Positions 28,495 to 32,000 of a DNA stretch of 32,000 nt are shown here, in pieces. The position numbers and the translations under genes are program-made. Source of the DNA: Candidatus Saccharimonadota bacterium (GTDB lineage Bacteria; Pseudomonadota; Gammaproteobacteria; Enterobacterales; Enterobacteriaceae); NCBI RefSeq assembly GCF_964059045.1, contig NZ_OZ060402.1:450001-482000 (forward strand), in the 5' to 3' direction. The notes beneath the pieces are model-generated. The model made no database searches and had not been told where the DNA came from. It saw only the letters and a list, made by a program, of their open reading frames with translations. Each line of letters opens with the position of its first letter. Position 1 is the stretch's first letter.

Positions 28495-28827
28495 ATGAAA
28501 TATTTTTTAAAAAATTCTAATATTCAAATAGATCAAGAAGGTTATCTATACAATCATCAAGAATGGAATATAAAAATTGCAGAAAAAATAGCTGAACAAG
28601 AATCTATTCAGCTAACTTTTGAACACTGGGAAATAATATACTTTATTAGAAATTTTTACTTTAAATATCAAACTACACCATCTATGAGAATGTTATTCAA
28701 AACAATACAAAACACCAATAAAGAAAAGAAAATTACCAGTATATATTTATATAAATTATTTCCAAAAGGACCAGCATATCAAGCTAGTAAAATTGCCGGA
28801 ATTCCTAAACCATATCATTGTTTATAA
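28495..28827 (+). CDS. tusE: Sulfurtransferase TusE (DsrC family, YccK)
   Basis: 110 aa. D.EGYL, W, L..EHWE...F.R.FY....T.P..RML, YLY.LFPKGPA.QA.KIAG.PKP..C with the conserved C-terminal Cys match E. coli TusE (109 aa). Confidence 0.9.
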   Translation: MKYFLKNSNIQIDQEGYLYNHQEWNIKIAEKIAEQESIQLTFEHWEIIYFIRNFYFKYQTTPSMRMLFKTIQNTNKEKKITSIYLYKLFPKGPAYQASKIAGIPKPYHCL

Positions 28828-28897
28828 AAAAAATATTTTTAATACCAATTATTAAATTTTTTAAAAAATATTTCTATTAAAAATATTTGTTAAAAGT

Positions 28898-29752
28898 TTA
28901 ATTAATATAATTAATTGAAATCATAATACTTAAATTAATTATTACAACAATAGAAAAAAAAAATAATATTTTTGATATAAATAAATAATAAATAGATTTC
29001 GGAAAAATTAATAAAGAAAAATAAAACCATATAAGATTTAAAAAAAGATTACTGAAAAAATATAATCTACCAGTATATCCAAAAACAGTTAATAAAGAAG
29101 AACTAAATAAAAACAATAAAATATAAATACTAATATGTTTTTTAGTAACAATAATTCCTTTTTTTAATGAAAAAATTGGAATTTTAGCTTTTTGATAATC
29201 TTTTATATAGCGAATACCAATTGAATAAAAATGTGGAATTTGCCATATAAAAGAAATAAAAAATAAAATAAAAGAACATAAATCTAATACTTTAGAAACA
29301 ACACAATAACCAATGACTAATGGCATAGCTCCTGCAATACTTCCTATAAAAATTGAATTAAAAGTACTTCTTTTAGTATATTTAGTATAAAATAATACAT
29401 AAAATATAAATGCAATCACAACTTCTATAAAAACAAGAAAATTTAAAAAAAAATAAAAAATTAAAAAACCAAAAAAACCTAATAATATTGAATAAATTTT
29501 AGCTAAATATAAAAAATGAGGCTTGATAACTAATAATCTATTTTTAGTACGATTCATATACTGATCAATATCGCGATCTATAATGTTATTAATAATACAA
29601 CTTGCCGCTATTACTAATGATAATCCTAAAATTGTTAAAAATAATAAAGAATAATTAATATTGCCTTTAGAAGCTAAAAAAAAACCACCAATCATAGAAA
29701 ATAAATTACCAATAATAATACCTGGCTTTATTAACTGAATATAATATGACAT
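28898..29752 (-). CDS. cyoE: Protoheme IX farnesyltransferase (heme O synthase)
   Basis: 284 aa. KPGII.GNL.S.IGGF.LASKG.I.Y, NN.IDRDID..M.RTKNR.LV, GS..GA.P.VIGYC.V, W.Q.PH.Y.I.I...KDYQ.A.IP are conserved. It is the last gene of the cyo operon. Confidence 0.93.
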   Translation of the reverse strand: MSYYIQLIKPGIIIGNLFSMIGGFFLASKGNINYSLLFLTILGLSLVIAASCIINNIIDRDIDQYMNRTKNRLLVIKPHFLYLAKIYSILLGFFGFLIFYFFLNFLVFIEVVIAFIFYVLFYTKYTKRSTFNSIFIGSIAGAMPLVIGYCVVSKVLDLCSFILFFISFIWQIPHFYSIGIRYIKDYQKAKIPIFSLKKGIIVTKKHISIYILLFLFSSSLLTVFGYTGRLYFFSNLFLNLIWFYFSLLIFPKSIYYLFISKILFFFSIVVIINLSIMISINYIN

Positions 29753-29763
29753 ATAATATAATT

Positions 29764-30099
29764 TTAATGAATCATCAAATGATGATTTAAATTATACATA
29801 ATCCAGATAGAACCAGAAATAATAATTAATATAACTATAATAGTAAAAATAATAAAAACTATGCTCCAAATGTCATAATCAATTGTATTAAAATTAAAAA
29901 AATATCGAAAATGAACTAAAATTTGCAAAAAACAAAATATTAAAATAATACTGATTATTATTATTTTTGATAAATGATATTTTGTTACTAAATAAAATGG
30001 AATTAAAGTAAAAATCATTGATAATAATAATCCTATACAATAAAATTTTTTTAAATCATTAATTAATTGTAAAGAATAATTATTTTTTTTAAAATTCAT
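29764..30099 (-). CDS. cyoD: Cytochrome bo3 ubiquinol oxidase subunit IV
   Basis: I trimmed the 138-aa ORF-track call to the internal Met (MNFKKNNYSLQ...), giving 111 aa against 109 in E. coli. The C-terminus GSIWIMYNLNHHLMIH matches GSIWIMWNLNYNMMVH. This ATG (30099-30097) overlaps the cyoC stop in a TAATG junction, so the upstream 27 codons lie inside cyoC. Confidence 0.85.
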   Translation of the reverse strand: MNFKKNNYSLQLINDLKKFYCIGLLLSMIFTLIPFYLVTKYHLSKIIIISIILIFCFLQILVHFRYFFNFNTIDYDIWSIVFIIFTIIVILIIISGSIWIMYNLNHHLMIH

Positions 30100-30698
30100 T
30101 AACAAACTCCAAATAAATATACAAAAGTAAATAAAAAAATCCATATAATATCTAAAAAATGCCAAAATAAACCCAAACATTTCATTCTAGTATACATGAC
30201 ATTATTTAAACCTATTTTTTTTAATTGTAATAAAATCACTATAATCCATATTAATCCTATTATAATATGTATTGCATGTAATCCAATTAAAGTAAAATAA
30301 GCAGACAAAAAACCACTTCTCTGAGGTCCATAATTTTTAGATAATAATTTACAAAATTCATATATTTCAATACTAACAAAACATAAACCAAACAAAAAAG
30401 TGTTAGACAACCAAAAATAAATTATTTTTTTTTTAGATTCTAAAAAACTAATAACAGCCATACCAAAAAAAAACGAACTAAATAATAAAACAAAAGTTTC
30501 TGCTAACACCAATGGTAAATTTATGATGATCATTCCATAAATGTTGTAATCTAAATCATTTAACAATACTGCATAAACAGCAAACATCGTTGAAAAAATA
30601 ATACAATCACTCATTAAATACAACCAAAAACCTAATAATATTTTTTTATTGACAACATAATTACTATTCAAACTATTATTTTTATTTAAAAATTGCAT
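30099..30698 (-). CDS. cyoC: Cytochrome bo3 ubiquinol oxidase subunit III
   Basis: 199 aa against 204 in E. coli. GFW.YLMSDCI.F...FA.Y, ET..LL.SS...G.A, YF.L.G.H..H...G and LFWHFLD.IWI are conserved. It lies between cyoB and cyoD. Confidence 0.92.
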   Translation of the reverse strand: MQFLNKNNSLNSNYVVNKKILLGFWLYLMSDCIIFSTMFAVYAVLLNDLDYNIYGMIIINLPLVLAETFVLLFSSFFFGMAVISFLESKKKIIYFWLSNTFLFGLCFVSIEIYEFCKLLSKNYGPQRSGFLSAYFTLIGLHAIHIIIGLIWIIVILLQLKKIGLNNVMYTRMKCLGLFWHFLDIIWIFLFTFVYLFGVC

Positions 30699-30720
30699 AT
30701 TGATTTTTTTGTCCTATTAT

Positions 30721-32000
30721 TTATAATTTTGATTTTTCTATTAATTCTATTTGTTTTGATGAAATAAAATAATCATGTTTTTGATTAAAACTATTTAAGA
30801 TAACAAAATATATTATTAATAATAATGATAAAATTAATAACCACCAAATATGCCAAATAGCAGAAAAACCAAAAAAAATAGCTAAAACACCAATTATAAA
30901 ACCAATATTATTATTTTTAGGCATATAAATATCTTGATAAATAATATTTTTTAATTGTTGTTTAGAAGATTTAACTCTCCAAAAATCATCTCTAGAAAAA
31001 ACAATTGGTAATACTGCAAAATTATATAAAGGAGGTGGAGATGAAGTCGACCATTCTAAAGTTCTAGCATTCCAAGGATCTCCTGTATTATCAACATATT
31101 TTTTTCTATCACGTAATGAAACATAAAATTGTATACATTGACATATAATTCCAATCAAAATAATGAATACTCCAAAAGCAGCAATTGATAATAAAAAATG
31201 AAACTCACTATCTATATTCTGACTTAACCTACGAGTCATACCCATTAAACCTAATATATACAATGGTATAAAAGCAAATAAAAAACCAATAATCCAAAAC
31301 CAAAATGCTCGTTTTCCCCATAATTCATTAAGCATAAAACCAGATATTTTTGGAAACCAATATGTTATTCCAGAAAAACAACCAAAAACAACACCACCAA
31401 TAATTACATTATGAAAATGAGCAACTAAAAATAAACTATTATGAAGTACAAAATCTACACTTGGTAATGATAATAATACACCTGTCATTCCTCCAATAGA
31501 AAAAGTAATAATAAAACCAATAGCCCATAGCATTGAAGAATGCATTCTTACACGACCTTGATACATCGTAAATAACCAATTAAATATCTTTACTCCTGTT
31601 GGGACAGCAATAATCATAGTAGCAATACCAAAAAAAGCATTTACATTAGCACCAGCACCCATAGTAAAAAAATGATGCAACCAAACCATAAAAGACAAAA
31701 TAGTAATTGATATTGTAGCCCAAACTAAAGATACATACCCAAATAAAGATTTTTTAGAAAAAGTAGCCACTACTTCAGAAAAAACACCAAAAACAGGCAA
31801 TATTAAAATATATACTTCAGGATGTCCCCAAATCCAAATTAAATTCACATACATCATCATATTTCCTCCATTTTCAAATGTAAAAAAATGAAAGTCTAAA
31901 TAACGATCTAGTGTTAATAAAAAAAGAGTTAGTGTTAAAACTGGAAATGAAATTAATATTAAAATATTTGTACATAATGCTGTCCAAGAAAAAATTGGCA
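30721..32000 (-). CDS. cyoB: Cytochrome bo3 ubiquinol oxidase subunit I, C-terminal part; the 5' part lies beyond the window end
   Basis: The ORF-track start ([17 protein letters not shown]) is internal. The same frame stays open to position 32000, reading ...[45 protein letters not shown]. This matches E. coli CyoB ...[44 protein letters not shown]. The [16 protein letters not shown] and HFHNVIIGG heme/Cu ligand motifs are present. Confidence 0.95.
   Translation of the reverse strand, partial: PIFSWTALCTNILILISFPVLTLTLFLLTLDRYLDFHFFTFENGGNMMMYVNLIWIWGHPEVYILILPVFGVFSEVVATFSKKSLFGYVSLVWATISITILSFMVWLHHFFTMGAGANVNAFFGIATMIIAVPTGVKIFNWLFTMYQGRVRMHSSMLWAIGFIITFSIGGMTGVLLSLPSVDFVLHNSLFLVAHFHNVIIGGVVFGCFSGITYWFPKISGFMLNELWGKRAFWFWIIGFLFAFIPLYILGLMGMTRRLSQNIDSEFHFLLSIAAFGVFIILIGIICQCIQFYVSLRDRKKYVDNTGDPWNARTLEWSTSSPPPLYNFAVLPIVFSRDDFWRVKSSKQQLKNIIYQDIYMPKNNNIGFIIGVLAIFFGFSAIWHIWWLLILSLLLIIYFVILNSFNQKHDYFISSKQIELIEKSKL

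Noticed and set aside
30100-30180. N-terminal 27-codon extension of cyoD in the ORF track (138 aa)
   Set aside because: The extension overlaps the 3' end of cyoC and has no counterpart in E. coli CyoD (109 aa). The internal ATG at 30099-30097 forms a TAATG stop/start overlap with cyoC and gives the expected 111 aa.

Overview
The window is extremely AT-rich by eye, with spacers almost free of G/C and proteins rich in Lys/Asn/Ile. It is densely packed with gammaproteobacterial housekeeping genes. I count 25 protein genes (two cut by the window edges) and one tRNA. The order is miaB' - ybeY - corC - leuS - holA - nadD - tusA (+), asd (-), yhgN - pgk - fbaA - mscS - recC - recB - recD (+), argA (-), tRNA-fMet (-), ribH - ribD - nusB (+), yajR-like MFS (-), tusE (+), cyoE-cyoD-cyoC-cyoB' (-). 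The proteins align by eye, essentially end to end, with E. coli orthologues recalled from memory. Composition, gene content and this fused order fit a reduced-genome insect endosymbiont of the Buchnera aphidicola type; that assignment is an inference, not a database result. I see no mobile elements, CRISPR array, defence island, toxin-antitoxin pair or other accessory system, and I do not think the window holds a novel multi-gene system. Five things stand out at finer scale. (1) nadD and recD are each split by a frameshift lying exactly inside a long poly(A) run (A10 and A12). Both are repaired by the same event, one extra A in the mRNA or a -1 ribosomal slip, and all their catalytic motifs are intact. 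(2) The LeuRS CP1 editing site has lost its conserved motifs, including a natural equivalent of the E. coli editing-blocking T252Y change, while the HIGH and KMSKS synthetic-site motifs are intact. (3) The initiator tRNA has U1 opposite A72 instead of the usual C1xA72 mismatch. (4) RecC residues that recognise Chi in E. coli are substituted. (5) Several long perfect inverted repeats sit in spacers, one filling the gap between convergent recD and argA. All alignments were done by eye from remembered reference sequences and need computational confirmation.
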